Shown here piece by piece: positions 1-9,431 of a stretch of 64,000 nucleotides of DNA (its first letter is position 1; each line of letters begins with the position of its first letter). The position numbers and the translations under genes were made by a program. Below the pieces are notes generated by a model that was not told the origin of the DNA, made no database searches, and was given only the letters and a program-made list of their open reading frames with translations. Source of the stretch: Candidatus Azophilus sp. (GTDB taxonomy: Bacteria > Pseudomonadota > Gammaproteobacteria > Pseudomonadales > Azotimanducaceae); the NCBI GenBank assembly GCA_965200465.1, contig OZ241358.1:1189872-1253871 (forward strand), given 5' to 3'.

Positions 1-57
1 GCGTGTTCAGAGGCCGCAAGTTAGGGTAAGGTTAAGCCAAATCCAATCAGCAGGGGA

Positions 58-738
58 ATGAGGCTCATGGGCAACAGGATCAGGCTGCGCACCGCCGACG
101 GCTTCGAACTCGGCGCTTGGCAGGCGCTGCCGGAGGGCGAGCCGCGGGCCGGCCTCGTCGTCATTCAGGAGGTGTTCGGCGTCAACAGCCACATTCGGGA
201 AGTGGCCGAGGGCTATGCGCAGGCGGGGTACGCCGTGGTTGCGCCGCAGCTCTTCGACCGGGTGCAGGCCGACCTCGAACTTGGCTACGAGGCCCAGGAC
301 ATGGCCCGCGGCATCGAGGTCGCTTTACAGAAGCTGCGGATGCCGAACACCCTGGCGGATTTGCAGGCGGCCGTGGACCATGCCGGCGCATACGGCAAGG
401 TCGGCGTGGTCGGCTATTGCTTCGGCGGCCTGCTGACTTGGCTGTCCGCCTGCGAGCTTACGGGAGTGGCGGCGGCCGCTTCCTACTACGGCGGCGGGGT
501 GGCGGGCGAGGCCGCCCGCTCCCCGAACTGCCCGGTCATCATGCACTTCGGCGAGTTGGACCCGCACATACCCATGTCCGACGTGGAGAAGATCAAGGCC
601 GCCCAGCCCGGGGTTCCCGTCCATGTCTATCCGGCGGACCACGGGTTCAACTGCGACCACCGCGCCAGTTTTCACGCCGCCAGCGCCGACTTGGCGCGGC
701 GCCGCACCCTGGATTTCCTTGCGGAGCAGCTTGCGTGA
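58..738 (+). CDS. Dienelactone hydrolase family protein (carboxymethylenebutenolidase-like)
   Basis: 226-aa ORF. N-terminus ...GLVVIQEVFGVNSHIREVAEGYAQAGYAVVAPQLFDR and nucleophile-elbow-like GVVGYCFGG are typical of the DLH alpha/beta hydrolase family. The other frames here give Arg/Gly-rich shadow ORFs. Confidence 0.85.
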   Translation: MRLMGNRIRLRTADGFELGAWQALPEGEPRAGLVVIQEVFGVNSHIREVAEGYAQAGYAVVAPQLFDRVQADLELGYEAQDMARGIEVALQKLRMPNTLADLQAAVDHAGAYGKVGVVGYCFGGLLTWLSACELTGVAAAASYYGGGVAGEAARSPNCPVIMHFGELDPHIPMSDVEKIKAAQPGVPVHVYPADHGFNCDHRASFHAASADLARRRTLDFLAEQLA

Positions 739-922
739 GGACCGGCGCCGCCAAAACCGCCGGCGCAATCGCCTTGACAAGCGAAAAACCTTTGTTAATG
801 CTTGGGCCGCCTCGCATTTTTTGCTTTTATTGGGGGGCGGGAATGACATCCTATCTGCATGGTTCGCCAAAGTGCGCCCTTGGCCTCGTGGCGGCAGGAC
901 ACATTGTGCCTAGGGAGGACAA

Positions 923-1693
923 ATGAAAAACAAACGCAGCCATTGGCTTCCAGCGCTGGCCTTGCTGATGGGCGCGGGCTTTGTCGGCGCCGCATCGGCG
1001 GCGACGCTTGCGGACATCTATCAGGTCGCGGAGAGGATCAACCAGCAAGCCAAGACCTCCCAGGCCAGAATCGACGCGCTGGAGGAGGAGACGCACAAAC
1101 TCCTGAACGAGTACAAGACCGTGCTCAAGGAGATCGAGGGGCTGCGGGTCTATAACCGGCAGGTGGCCAAGCAGATTCAGGCCCAGGATGCGGAAATGAC
1201 CCAGCTTGGAGAGTCCATCGACAGGGTCACCGTGATTGAACGGCAGATCACCCCTCTGATGCTGCGCATGATCGACGCGCTTGAGCAGTTCGTAAGCCTG
1301 GATTTGCCCTTCCTGCTCAACGAGCGCAACGAGCGCATAGAGCGGCTGCGGGGCATTATGGACCGGGCCGACGTCGCCGTCTCCGAGCAATTCTCCCAAG
1401 TCCTGCGCGCCTTCCAGATCGAGAACGAATACGGCCGCACCATGGAGACCTACGGGGACACCATCGACATCGACGGCGTGGAGCGCAAGGCGGACGTGCT
1501 GAAAGTGGGGCGCGTCGCCTTGGTGTTCCAAACGCCGGACGGCACTGAAACCGGCATGTGGAACAAGAACACCCAGTCTTGGGAGGTGCTTGGCGACGAA
1601 TACACGACGCCGGTGCGCAACGGCATCCGCATGGCGCGCAAGCAACTCTCAGTCGATATGCTGATGCTGCCCATCACCGGACCGGAGGCTTGA
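923..1693 (+). CDS. DUF3450-type periplasmic coiled-coil protein (TtpB-like accessory of a TonB2-type system)
   Basis: Signal peptide (ALALLMGAGFVGAASA) followed by coiled-coil-rich sequence. It is the first gene of a DUF3450 / large MotA / ExbB / ExbD / TonB / TPR order. RBS gggagga lies upstream. Confidence 0.8.
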   Translation: MKNKRSHWLPALALLMGAGFVGAASAATLADIYQVAERINQQAKTSQARIDALEEETHKLLNEYKTVLKEIEGLRVYNRQVAKQIQAQDAEMTQLGESIDRVTVIERQITPLMLRMIDALEQFVSLDLPFLLNERNERIERLRGIMDRADVAVSEQFSQVLRAFQIENEYGRTMETYGDTIDIDGVERKADVLKVGRVALVFQTPDGTETGMWNKNTQSWEVLGDEYTTPVRNGIRMARKQLSVDMLMLPITGPEA

Positions 1694-1698
1694 GACCG

Positions 1699-3174
1699 AT
1701 GAAACTTTTCAATCGTTGCATGGCGCTCGGCGCCGCGTTCGTGGGGGCTGGCCTGTTCGTCGCTTCGGCGTTGGCCCAGGAGGGCGCCGGTTCGGAGAGC
1801 ACCTTGGAGGTCAACCAAGCCACCACCTTGGATGATTTGCTGCGCCTCGTGGAGGAGCGCCGGGTGGTTGAGTCCACCGAGCACCGCCAGCGGGAGCAGA
1901 GCTTTCAGGACGACAAAGCCCAGCAGGCGCAGATGCTCGCCAACGCCAAGGCGGAGCGCACCCGGGAGGAACGCCGCTCCAACCAGCTGGAGACCCGCTT
2001 TGACGAGAACGAAATCCGCATTGGCGCCCTGCAGGAGCAGCTCGATGAGCGTCTTGGCTCCCTAAGGGAGCTCTTCGGGGTGCTGCAGCAGGTCGCCGGC
2101 GACACGCGCGGCCTGTTTGAAGGCTCCCTCATCTCGGCGGAGTTCCCCAACCGAGGCGAATGGCTTGGCGAATTGGCGGCGAAGATGGGCACCGCCAGCC
2201 AGCTCGCCACCATTGAGGAAATGGAAACCCTCTGGTTTGAGCTGCAGCGGGAAATGACCGAATCCGGGCGCGTCAGCCGCTTCCCCGCAACCATCATTCG
2301 CGCCAGCGGCGAGCACGAGGAGACGGACGTGGTGCGCGTCGGCGCCTTTGCCTTGGTCGCCGACGGCGAGTACCTGAACTACGACCCCAATGACGGCACC
2401 CTGGACGATTTGCCCCGGCAGCCTTCGGGGCGCTTCACCAACACGGTTGAAGACCTTGAAGAGGCGGAGCCCGGCGAGGTGGTTGCCTTTGCGGTCGATC
2501 CCACCCGCGGCTCCCTGCTGGCGTTGCTCATTCAGGCCGCCACGGTCGGCGAGCGGGTTGGCTCGCTGTTCGGCGGCATAGCCAACGGCGAATGCTACCT
2601 GCCGTTTTGCGACGGGCAGGGCGGCTATGTGGGCGCCGTGATCATCCTCGGCGGCATCGTCGGCGTTCTCTTGGCCGTGGAGCGCTTGGTCACCCTTTCC
2701 ATCATCGGCACCAAGGTGAATGCGCAAAAGCGCTCCGAGACGCCCAATGAGGACAATCCCTTGGGCCGGGTGCTCAACGTCTATCACCAGAACACCTCCG
2801 TTGACGTCGAAACCCTGGAGTTGAAGTTGGGCGAGGCCATTCTCATCGAGACGCCGATCATCACCCGCAACGTCACGCTCATTCAGGTGATATCCGTGGT
2901 CGCGCCCTTGGTGGGCCTGCTCGGCACGGTGATCGGCATGATCCTCACGTTCCAAGCCATCACCCTGTTCGGCACGGGAGACCCCAAAACGATGGCCGGA
3001 GGCATTTCCACCGCCTTGATGACCACGGTGCTCGGCCTGTGCGTGGCCATTCCCACAACGCTGCTGCACGCCATCGTCGCCCAGCGGAGCCGGTCGGTCA
3101 TTCATGTGCTCGAAGAGCAAACCCAGGGCATCATCGCCGAACATGCGGAAAAGACCGGCCGTGCGTTGGGGTAG
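1699..3174 (+). CDS. Large MotA/TolQ/ExbB proton-channel family protein (TtpC-like)
   Basis: The ATG at 1699 (MKLFNRCMALGAAFVGAG..., signal/TM) was chosen over the track start at 1558. The C-terminal third carries the ExbB motif ISVVAPLVGLLGTVIGMILTF plus further TM helices. A long periplasmic/coiled N-domain is typical of TtpC. Confidence 0.85.
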   Translation: MKLFNRCMALGAAFVGAGLFVASALAQEGAGSESTLEVNQATTLDDLLRLVEERRVVESTEHRQREQSFQDDKAQQAQMLANAKAERTREERRSNQLETRFDENEIRIGALQEQLDERLGSLRELFGVLQQVAGDTRGLFEGSLISAEFPNRGEWLGELAAKMGTASQLATIEEMETLWFELQREMTESGRVSRFPATIIRASGEHEETDVVRVGAFALVADGEYLNYDPNDGTLDDLPRQPSGRFTNTVEDLEEAEPGEVVAFAVDPTRGSLLALLIQAATVGERVGSLFGGIANGECYLPFCDGQGGYVGAVIILGGIVGVLLAVERLVTLSIIGTKVNAQKRSETPNEDNPLGRVLNVYHQNTSVDVETLELKLGEAILIETPIITRNVTLIQVISVVAPLVGLLGTVIGMILTFQAITLFGTGDPKTMAGGISTALMTTVLGLCVAIPTTLLHAIVAQRSRSVIHVLEEQTQGIIAEHAEKTGRALG

Positions 3175-3183
3175 TCTTGCATC

Positions 3184-3702
3184 ATGCTAGGTGACGCCTA
3201 TCACGCCATCGTCCTGTTCGTGGAGCAGGGCGGCAATGTGCTGTACCTCATCGCCACTCTGACCTTTTTGATGTGGACGCTGATTTTCGAGCGGGTTTGG
3301 TACTTCACGAACCAGCACAAGGCGTTCGTTTCCGAGGCGACGGACCAGTGGGAAAGCCGCCCGGAGCGGCGCTCCTGGAGCGCCCACCAGATTCGGGACA
3401 GGATCATTTCCGAAGCGGCGGACAAGATCACCGGCAGCCTGCCGCTGATTCAGACCTGCGTCACCCTGTGCCCGCTCTTGGGGTTGCTCGGCACGGTCAC
3501 GGGCATGATTTCGGTGTTCGACGCCATGGCGACCCACGGCGGCAATGCGCGCTCCATGGCCGCCGGGGTGTCCATGGCCACCATACCCACCATGTGCGGC
3601 ATGGTCGCTTCATTGTCCGGCCTGTTCGGCAGCACCTTCGTGAAGCGCAAGGTGGATTTTGAAATCGAGCTCTTTGAAGACCATCTGACCATGGATCATT
3701 GA
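3184..3702 (+). CDS. exbB: ExbB/TolQ family proton channel
   Basis: 172 aa with three TM segments and the motif CPLLGLLGTVTGMISVF. Sits directly upstream of exbD. Confidence 0.85.
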   Translation: MLGDAYHAIVLFVEQGGNVLYLIATLTFLMWTLIFERVWYFTNQHKAFVSEATDQWESRPERRSWSAHQIRDRIISEAADKITGSLPLIQTCVTLCPLLGLLGTVTGMISVFDAMATHGGNARSMAAGVSMATIPTMCGMVASLSGLFGSTFVKRKVDFEIELFEDHLTMDH

Positions 3703-3754
3703 GTGGTCCGCGGTGGTGCGATAGGAGCAGGCGAATCGCCAGGAGGGGATTGAC

Positions 3755-4162
3755 ATGGCCCGCCAAGCAAACCGGTTCTCCCGCGCTGACGAGGAGTCGG
3801 ACATCAACTTGACGCCGATGCTTGACGTCGTGTTCATCATGTTGATTTTCTTCATCGTGACGGCCACCTTCATCAAGCAGGCCGGCATCGACGTCATGCG
3901 GCCCGAAGCGCAGACCGGGATGCAGAAGCCCACGGTGAGCGTTTTGGTGGCCATCGGCGCCAACGGCGACATCTGGATCGACAAGCGCAAGGTGGACAAG
4001 GCGGCGGTGCGCGCCCACATCGAGCGCCTGCACGCCGAGAATCCCAAGGGCGGCTTGGTGGTGCAGTCAGACCGTCACGCCAAGTACGAACAACTCAAGG
4101 CGGTGCTGTCCGCGGCCCGGGCCGCCGGCATGAGCCAGATTGCGGTTTCCACGGAGGCATAG
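3755..4162 (+). CDS. exbD: ExbD/TolR biopolymer transport protein
   Basis: 135 aa. N-terminus DINLTPMLDVVFIMLIFFIV carries the conserved TM Asp. The size and periplasmic domain are typical of ExbD. Confidence 0.9.
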   Translation: MARQANRFSRADEESDINLTPMLDVVFIMLIFFIVTATFIKQAGIDVMRPEAQTGMQKPTVSVLVAIGANGDIWIDKRKVDKAAVRAHIERLHAENPKGGLVVQSDRHAKYEQLKAVLSAARAAGMSQIAVSTEA

Positions 4163-4165
4163 GCT

Positions 4166-4771
4166 ATGGTTGCGCGTTTTGCTTTCTCAGTGGCGCTGGG
4201 GCTGGGCGCCACCTTTGTGCTGTTCCTGGTCATGCAGGCCCTGATAAAGAGCGACAAGAACCCGTTTGAGGAGGGCATAACGGGCAGAATCGTCGATTTC
4301 GTTCGCGTTGAGGAGGAAATGGCGATCGAGACCAAGCAGCGCAAGCCCAAGCCGCCGCCGCCGCCGGACGAGCCGCCGCCGAGCAAGCCGAGGGCCACGC
4401 TCGACACCAGCGCCCAGTCGCAGGGCATTGACATGAGCCAGGTCAACGTCGAGGTGGAGCTTTCCATCGACCACGGCGCCGGCTTCAGTTCGGACGGCGA
4501 ATACTTGCCCATCGTCAAGGTGGCGCCCGTGTATCCCCGTCGGGCGCAAACCCGGGGCATTGAAGGCTATGTGCTGCTTGAGTTCGTGGTTACCCGAACC
4601 GGCGCGGTGCGCGACCCGGTGGTGCTGGAGTCCAAGCCGCCGGGCATCTTTGACCGGGCCGCCCTCAATGCGGCCCTGAAGTTCAAGTACAAGCCGAAGG
4701 TGGTCAACGGCGAACCCATAGACGTGGCCGGCGTGCGCAACCGGATCACTTTCGAGTTGCAGGACGGTTGA
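4166..4771 (+). CDS. tonB: TonB family energy transducer
   Basis: N-terminal TM helix, Pro-rich spacer KPKPPPPPDEPPPSKP and a C-terminal TonB domain (GYVLLEFVVTRTGAVRDPVVLESKPPGIFDRAALNAALKFKYKP). Confidence 0.85.
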   Translation: MVARFAFSVALGLGATFVLFLVMQALIKSDKNPFEEGITGRIVDFVRVEEEMAIETKQRKPKPPPPPDEPPPSKPRATLDTSAQSQGIDMSQVNVEVELSIDHGAGFSSDGEYLPIVKVAPVYPRRAQTRGIEGYVLLEFVVTRTGAVRDPVVLESKPPGIFDRAALNAALKFKYKPKVVNGEPIDVAGVRNRITFELQDG

Positions 4772-6123
4772 GGTTTGGGAGCATACTTATGGCGAGCATG
4801 AAGCGAAGGCGGCGGGTGGCTTTTGCCTTGGTCGCGGCTTGGCTGCTGGGGCTGCCGTTGACGTTTGGCGCGGCGCCGATGGCGTGGAGCGAAGCGGCCC
4901 AGGAGGAGCAGCCGCGGCACAAGACGCGGCGGGTGCCCTCCATGAGCGAGGCGACCTTCAAGAAACTGGCGGAGGCCCAGGAGTTCATCGACGCCAAGGA
5001 CCTCAACGGCGCCCAAGCCGTGCTGGAGGGCATGCTGGACCGCAGCCGCAGATACAACGGCAACGAAATCGGCCAGATCCACAACATGCTGGGTTTCGTC
5101 CACTTCTCCAAGGAGGACTACCCCAAGGCCATTCACCACTACCAAACCGTGCTCGCCCAAGGGGAGGACATTCCCGAAGGGCTGGAGACCACCACCCTCT
5201 ACACCCTGGCCCAACTCAGCTTCGTGGATGAGCGCTATCAGGACGCCCTGCGCTACATGGAGACCTGGATATCCAAGGCCCAGAACCCGGGGCCGGAGCC
5301 GCGCATCTTCATGGGCCAGGTCTATTACCAAATGGAGGACTACGGCAACGCCGTCCGGCAGATCGAAACCGGCATCGCCGTGGCGCGGGAGCGGGGCACC
5401 GAGGTCAAGGAGAACTGGTGGGCGCTGCTGAACTACCTTTACTTCGAGCAGGAAAACTGGCCAAGGGTCTTGGAGACCTTGGAAATTCTGGTGCGGGATT
5501 TTCCCAAGCGCGAGTATTGGCTGCGGTTGGCCGGCATCCAGGGCCAGGAAGGCATGGAGAAACAGCAGATCTACACCATGATGGCGGCCTACGAAGGCGG
5601 CTTCCTGACCAAGGAGTCGGACCTGACCACCTACGCGGGGCTGCTGATGCAGGATGAAGTGCCCATTCGCGCAGTGCGCGTTTTGAAGCAGGGGTTCGAC
5701 GACGAGCTCATCGAACGCACGGACCGGAATTTGCGCGCCTTTGGGCAGGCGTACCAGCTTTCCCAAGAGGTGGACGAAGCCATACCGCTCTTTGAGGAGG
5801 CCGCCGAGCTCGCCGAGGACGGGAAAATCTACGAGAGCTTGGCGCAGCTCTACCTTGAGGACGAGAAGTTCGGCGAGTGCGTGGGCGCCGCCGCCCACGC
5901 CTTGGAGAAGGGCGGGCTGCGCAAGGTGCAGAGCGTCCACATCGTGCGCGGCATGTGCGAGTTCAATCGTGACCGCCTAGCCCCGGCGCGGCGCTCCTTT
6001 GCATCCTGCCGCAGCGAAGCGCGGCGAGTGCGGGACGAGTCCAACCAGCGCGTTTGCCAGCAGTGGATCACCTACATCGACCGCGAGTCCGAACGCCGCA
6101 GGCACATCGAAGCCGCCATCTGA
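4768..6123 (+). CDS. TPR-repeat protein (TtpD-like, last gene of the TonB2-type cluster)
   Basis: Signal-like N-terminus (an alternative start at 4789 or 4798 is possible). It has multiple TPR-like repeats (YPKAIHHYQTVLA, YGNAVRQIETGIA). Its start overlaps the tonB stop. Confidence 0.75.
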   Translation: MRFGSILMASMKRRRRVAFALVAAWLLGLPLTFGAAPMAWSEAAQEEQPRHKTRRVPSMSEATFKKLAEAQEFIDAKDLNGAQAVLEGMLDRSRRYNGNEIGQIHNMLGFVHFSKEDYPKAIHHYQTVLAQGEDIPEGLETTTLYTLAQLSFVDERYQDALRYMETWISKAQNPGPEPRIFMGQVYYQMEDYGNAVRQIETGIAVARERGTEVKENWWALLNYLYFEQENWPRVLETLEILVRDFPKREYWLRLAGIQGQEGMEKQQIYTMMAAYEGGFLTKESDLTTYAGLLMQDEVPIRAVRVLKQGFDDELIERTDRNLRAFGQAYQLSQEVDEAIPLFEEAAELAEDGKIYESLAQLYLEDEKFGECVGAAAHALEKGGLRKVQSVHIVRGMCEFNRDRLAPARRSFASCRSEARRVRDESNQRVCQQWITYIDRESERRRHIEAAI

Positions 6124-6183
6124 TTGCGCTTAAGGAAGCCGCCCTTAGGGGCTCGGCCCCCTAGCCGGGGCCGCCCGCCAACC

Positions 6184-6813
6184 ATGTTCACCGGAATAGT
6201 GCAGGGCCTTTGCGAGGTCGCCGCCGTCGCCGATGAGCCGGCTCTCCGGCGCTTGCAGGTTGACCTAGGCGGCTTGGCCGAGGGGCTGCAAACGGGCGCC
6301 TCCGTGGCGGTCAACGGCGTTTGCCTCACCGCCGCCCGGCTGGACGGCGCCGCGGCCGGCTTCGACGTGGTTCGTGAAACCCTGCACTGCACCAATCTTG
6401 GCGCCCTGGCGGTTGGCGGCCGCGTCAACGTCGAGCGCTCCTGCCGCGTTGGCGACGAAATCGGCGGCCATCCGCTGGCTGGGCACGTGCAGGGCGCAGC
6501 GCAGGTGGAGGCGGTGGAGGACGGCCCCAATGAACGCAATCTGTGGCTGGGCGCAGCGCCGGATTGGATGCGCTTTTTGCACCACAAGGGGTTCGTCGCC
6601 TTGGACGGCGCCAGCCTCACCATCGCCGCCCTGGCGCCGGCGGAGCATCGTTTTAAGGTTTGCCTGATCCCGGAAACCCTTGCCCGCACCACGCTAGGCG
6701 AAGCGGCGGTGGGCGACCGGCTCAATTTGGAGATCGACCAGCAAACTCGGGCGGTTGTGGAAACCGTGGAGCGGATGCTGCGGGCGCAGGGCCGCTCCCT
6801 TTCCGCGGCCTAG
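6184..6813 (+). CDS. ribE: Riboflavin synthase alpha chain
   Basis: The internal ATG at 6184 gives the hallmark N-terminus MFTGIVQG. The protein has a two-lumazine-binding-repeat architecture of about 209 aa. Confidence 0.85.
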   Translation: MFTGIVQGLCEVAAVADEPALRRLQVDLGGLAEGLQTGASVAVNGVCLTAARLDGAAAGFDVVRETLHCTNLGALAVGGRVNVERSCRVGDEIGGHPLAGHVQGAAQVEAVEDGPNERNLWLGAAPDWMRFLHHKGFVALDGASLTIAALAPAEHRFKVCLIPETLARTTLGEAAVGDRLNLEIDQQTRAVVETVERMLRAQGRSLSAA

Positions 6814-6864
6814 CTTCTTGCGCGCGCCGCCCACTGCCGCGGATGGCGCCCAGCGCGGCTTATA

Positions 6865-7752
6865 ATGCGCACCATGGCCGCTGCTGCTGGCTCCTTTCAT
6901 GATCGGCTAAGGCGGGCTTGGGCGGACAGCGGGTCGCTCCTCTGCGTGGGGCTGGACCCGTTGCGCAGCCGCCTGCCGCCGCCCTTCAATCGCTCCTCCT
7001 TGGGCTTGCGGGACTTCTGCTGCGCCATCGTCGACGCCACCGCCGACTTGGTCTGCGCCTTCAAGCCGCAAGCCGCCCACTTCGCCGCCGAAGGCGCGGA
7101 GGATCAGCTCGCCGAGGTCATAGCCCACATTCACGAGGGTTGGCCGGACAAACCCGTCATTTTGGACGCCAAGCGCGGCGACATCGGCAGCACGGCGGCC
7201 CTCTACGCCAAGGAGGCGTTCGAGCGCTACGGCGCGGACGCAGTGACGGTGAACCCCTATTTGGGGGAGGAGAGCATCCGTCCGTTTCTGCAGCATCCAG
7301 GCCGGGGCGTGGCCGTGCTCTGCCGCACGAGCAACCCCGGCAGCGGTTGGCTGCAGGAGGCGCCCGCCGAGGATCCAGCCTATCTGCGCATCGCCAAGGC
7401 GGCCTTGGGCTGGAACCGGGACGGCAACCTCATGTTGGTGGCGGGGGCCACCCATCCGCAGGAGCTCAGGCGCATCCGAGCCGCCGTGGGCGCCATGCCG
7501 CTGCTGACGCCGGGAGTCGGCGCCCAGGGCGGCGATCTTGAGCAGGCCTTGCGGGCTGGGTTGGACGCCGAGGGGCGGGGGATGCTCATCAACGCCTCGC
7601 GCTCGGTCCTCCACCCGGCAACGACGGCGGGCGAAGCCGGCGGCGGGCGGCGGTTTGCCGAACTCTCCCGCGCCGCCGCGCAGCGGCTTAGGGATGCCAT
7701 CAACGAGCTAGCGGAGCAGGGCAAAGGCGTCCATTTCATCCAGGGCGCTTAG
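6865..7752 (+). CDS. pyrF: Orotidine 5-prime-phosphate decarboxylase, type 2
   Basis: LCVGLDP and the ILDAKRGDIGSTA signature are present. The length of about 290 aa is typical of the long (type 2) PyrF. Confidence 0.85.
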   Translation: MRTMAAAAGSFHDRLRRAWADSGSLLCVGLDPLRSRLPPPFNRSSLGLRDFCCAIVDATADLVCAFKPQAAHFAAEGAEDQLAEVIAHIHEGWPDKPVILDAKRGDIGSTAALYAKEAFERYGADAVTVNPYLGEESIRPFLQHPGRGVAVLCRTSNPGSGWLQEAPAEDPAYLRIAKAALGWNRDGNLMLVAGATHPQELRRIRAAVGAMPLLTPGVGAQGGDLEQALRAGLDAEGRGMLINASRSVLHPATTAGEAGGGRRFAELSRAAAQRLRDAINELAEQGKGVHFIQGA

Positions 7753-8736
7753 GCTGTTGCCCAGCAGGGTGCGGGCTAGGGCTTGGCCGCGCTCGTTGCC
7801 CATGTCCAGGGTGCCGGCGATGATGACGGCGTAGCAGAGCAGGTAAAGGGCGGCGATGCGAAACCGCTCCCGGCAAAGGTCAAGGCGGTAATCGACGCCT
7901 CGTTGCGCCAACGCGGCCTGGTAGCGAGCCGGCCAGTCCTCCTGAGCGTACACCTGCGGGGCAAGGCTTTGGGTGACGAAATAGGCCAGGTCCTGCTCCG
8001 GGGCGGAGGCGCAGACCGATTGCCAATCCACCAGCACCACTTCGTTCTCGCCAAAGAAGATGTTGTCCAGCCGCACGTCCGCATGGGACAGGCACACCGG
8101 GCCGCGGCACATCTCCTCGAGCAGCCCGGCCACCCTGCCCGGCATTCTGTCTCCCGCCAAGCGGGCCCTGGGCGGAATCAGCTCGCCGAAATGCTTCGTC
8201 ACCACCGGCCACCCGGCTTGGAAGCCGGCGATCATGCCGTCCCTTTGCATGGGGTTGTTGTGCAGCAGCATTCCCGCCGGCGGCGCATCCCAAAGGCTGC
8301 TGTGCAGGTCGGCGACGGCGTTGATGACCGCCAACGCCTCATCGCGGGAGCATCCCGCCACCTGATCGCCAATGCGGTGGTTGCGCAGGTCTTCAATGAG
8401 CAGCACGAAGTCCTGGGTGGCGGCGTCAAATTCGGCATGGTGGCAAAAGGGAGTGCGCAGGCTGATGGTCTTGGCGGTCTGTTGATAAAAGCGGACTTCG
8501 CGCCCGTACATGTCGTAGGTGTGGGCGACCGCCCGGTTCTCCGTCGCAGGGGAGGGGAACTTGGCGATGATGGAGGGCGGCCCTTCGGCGGCGGTGAGAT
8601 GCAGGCGGGTGACCAAGCCGACGACGCCCGCCCCCTCGCTGAAATGGCTGACCTTGAAGCTGGCCACCGGGTAGCCCAGCACGGCGGAGAGCCAAGCGGC
8701 GTCGAGCTGTTCGGGGGCGCTGGGGAACGAAGCCAT
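7708..8736 (-). CDS. Phosphotransferase / kinase-like (APH-CHK/EcKinase family) protein
   Basis: The start was moved to the ATG at 8736 (MASFPSAPEQLDAAWL...). It has the catalytic-loop-like HADVRLDNIFF followed by VLVDWQ. The upstream part of the track ORF is not protein-like. Confidence 0.7.
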   Translation of the reverse strand: MASFPSAPEQLDAAWLSAVLGYPVASFKVSHFSEGAGVVGLVTRLHLTAAEGPPSIIAKFPSPATENRAVAHTYDMYGREVRFYQQTAKTISLRTPFCHHAEFDAATQDFVLLIEDLRNHRIGDQVAGCSRDEALAVINAVADLHSSLWDAPPAGMLLHNNPMQRDGMIAGFQAGWPVVTKHFGELIPPRARLAGDRMPGRVAGLLEEMCRGPVCLSHADVRLDNIFFGENEVVLVDWQSVCASAPEQDLAYFVTQSLAPQVYAQEDWPARYQAALAQRGVDYRLDLCRERFRIAALYLLCYAVIIAGTLDMGNERGQALARTLLGNSLSALDEMDAFALLR

Positions 8737-8925
8737 GCTTAGGGCCTGCTGCTTGCCGCAAGAGGCTAGACTATGGCCGATGCCGGCCGCCAAGTCCATG
8801 CCGTTGGGCATCGCCCGGCGACGTTCCTGGGCGCTTGCCGCCGCGGCCGCCTTGGCGCGGCCTTGCGGCCCTAGGCCGGGCACGGGACAACAGGCGCAAC
8901 GGCGCAAAGCAACAAGGAGGGCGAC

Positions 8926-9378
8926 ATGATTGTCGGCATTCATCATGTGGCGGTTGGCGTTCCCGACTTTGAGCGGGGTCTGGCGTTCTACCGCGATCTG
9001 CTTGGTTTTGAGGTGGTGCAGGAGGGCGCGTGGGAGCGGAATTTTCCCTTGGCGGACCAAGCCGTTGGCCTGGAGCAAACGGCGGCCCGCATGGCCATGC
9101 TCAGGGCGCCCAACGCCTTCATCGAGCTATGGGAGTACACCAACCCCAAACCGGCGGATCATCGGCAGCGCCCCTGCGACTACGGCTATCCGCACTTTTG
9201 CCTGCAGGTGGACGGCATTCAGGAGGAATATGATCGCCTCTGCGCCGCCGGCATGCGCTTCGCCGGCCCGCCGGTCGATTTTGGCGAAACTTCGGCGATC
9301 TACGGCAAGGACCCTTTCGGCAACGTCATTGAACTCTACGAGATCCGCAACCAGGGCGTCGCCCAGCTTGCCCGCTGA
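8926..9378 (+). CDS. VOC family (glyoxalase/bleomycin-resistance/dioxygenase) protein
   Basis: MIVGIHHVAVGVPDFERGLAFYRDLLGFEVV is a classic VOC N-terminal beta-alpha-beta module. 150 aa. Confidence 0.8.
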   Translation: MIVGIHHVAVGVPDFERGLAFYRDLLGFEVVQEGAWERNFPLADQAVGLEQTAARMAMLRAPNAFIELWEYTNPKPADHRQRPCDYGYPHFCLQVDGIQEEYDRLCAAGMRFAGPPVDFGETSAIYGKDPFGNVIELYEIRNQGVAQLAR

Positions 9379-9431
9379 GCGCGGCCTTGCCCAACCGCCC
9401 AAAGGCCGAGTACGCCGCTTGGCCGCCGTTG

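Noticed and set aside
774-801. TTGACA-N16-TAATGC as the promoter of the TonB2-type cluster, and a possible Fur box in 739-922
   Set aside because: The -10 hexamer matches only 2 of 6 positions, and I found no 19-bp Fur-box-like palindrome.
851-5940. Long minus-strand ORFs 851-1645, 2062-3144 and 4567-5940 opposite the TonB2-type cluster
   Set aside because: The plus-strand genes carry unmistakable ExbB, ExbD and TonB motifs and a coherent operon structure. The antisense products have no motifs and a biased composition.
7708-7752. 45-bp convergent overlap of the pyrF and kinase-like gene 3-prime ends as a regulatory feature
   Set aside because: It is most simply explained by uncertain true stop usage or tolerated overlap in compact high-GC genomes. 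There is no independent evidence of function.
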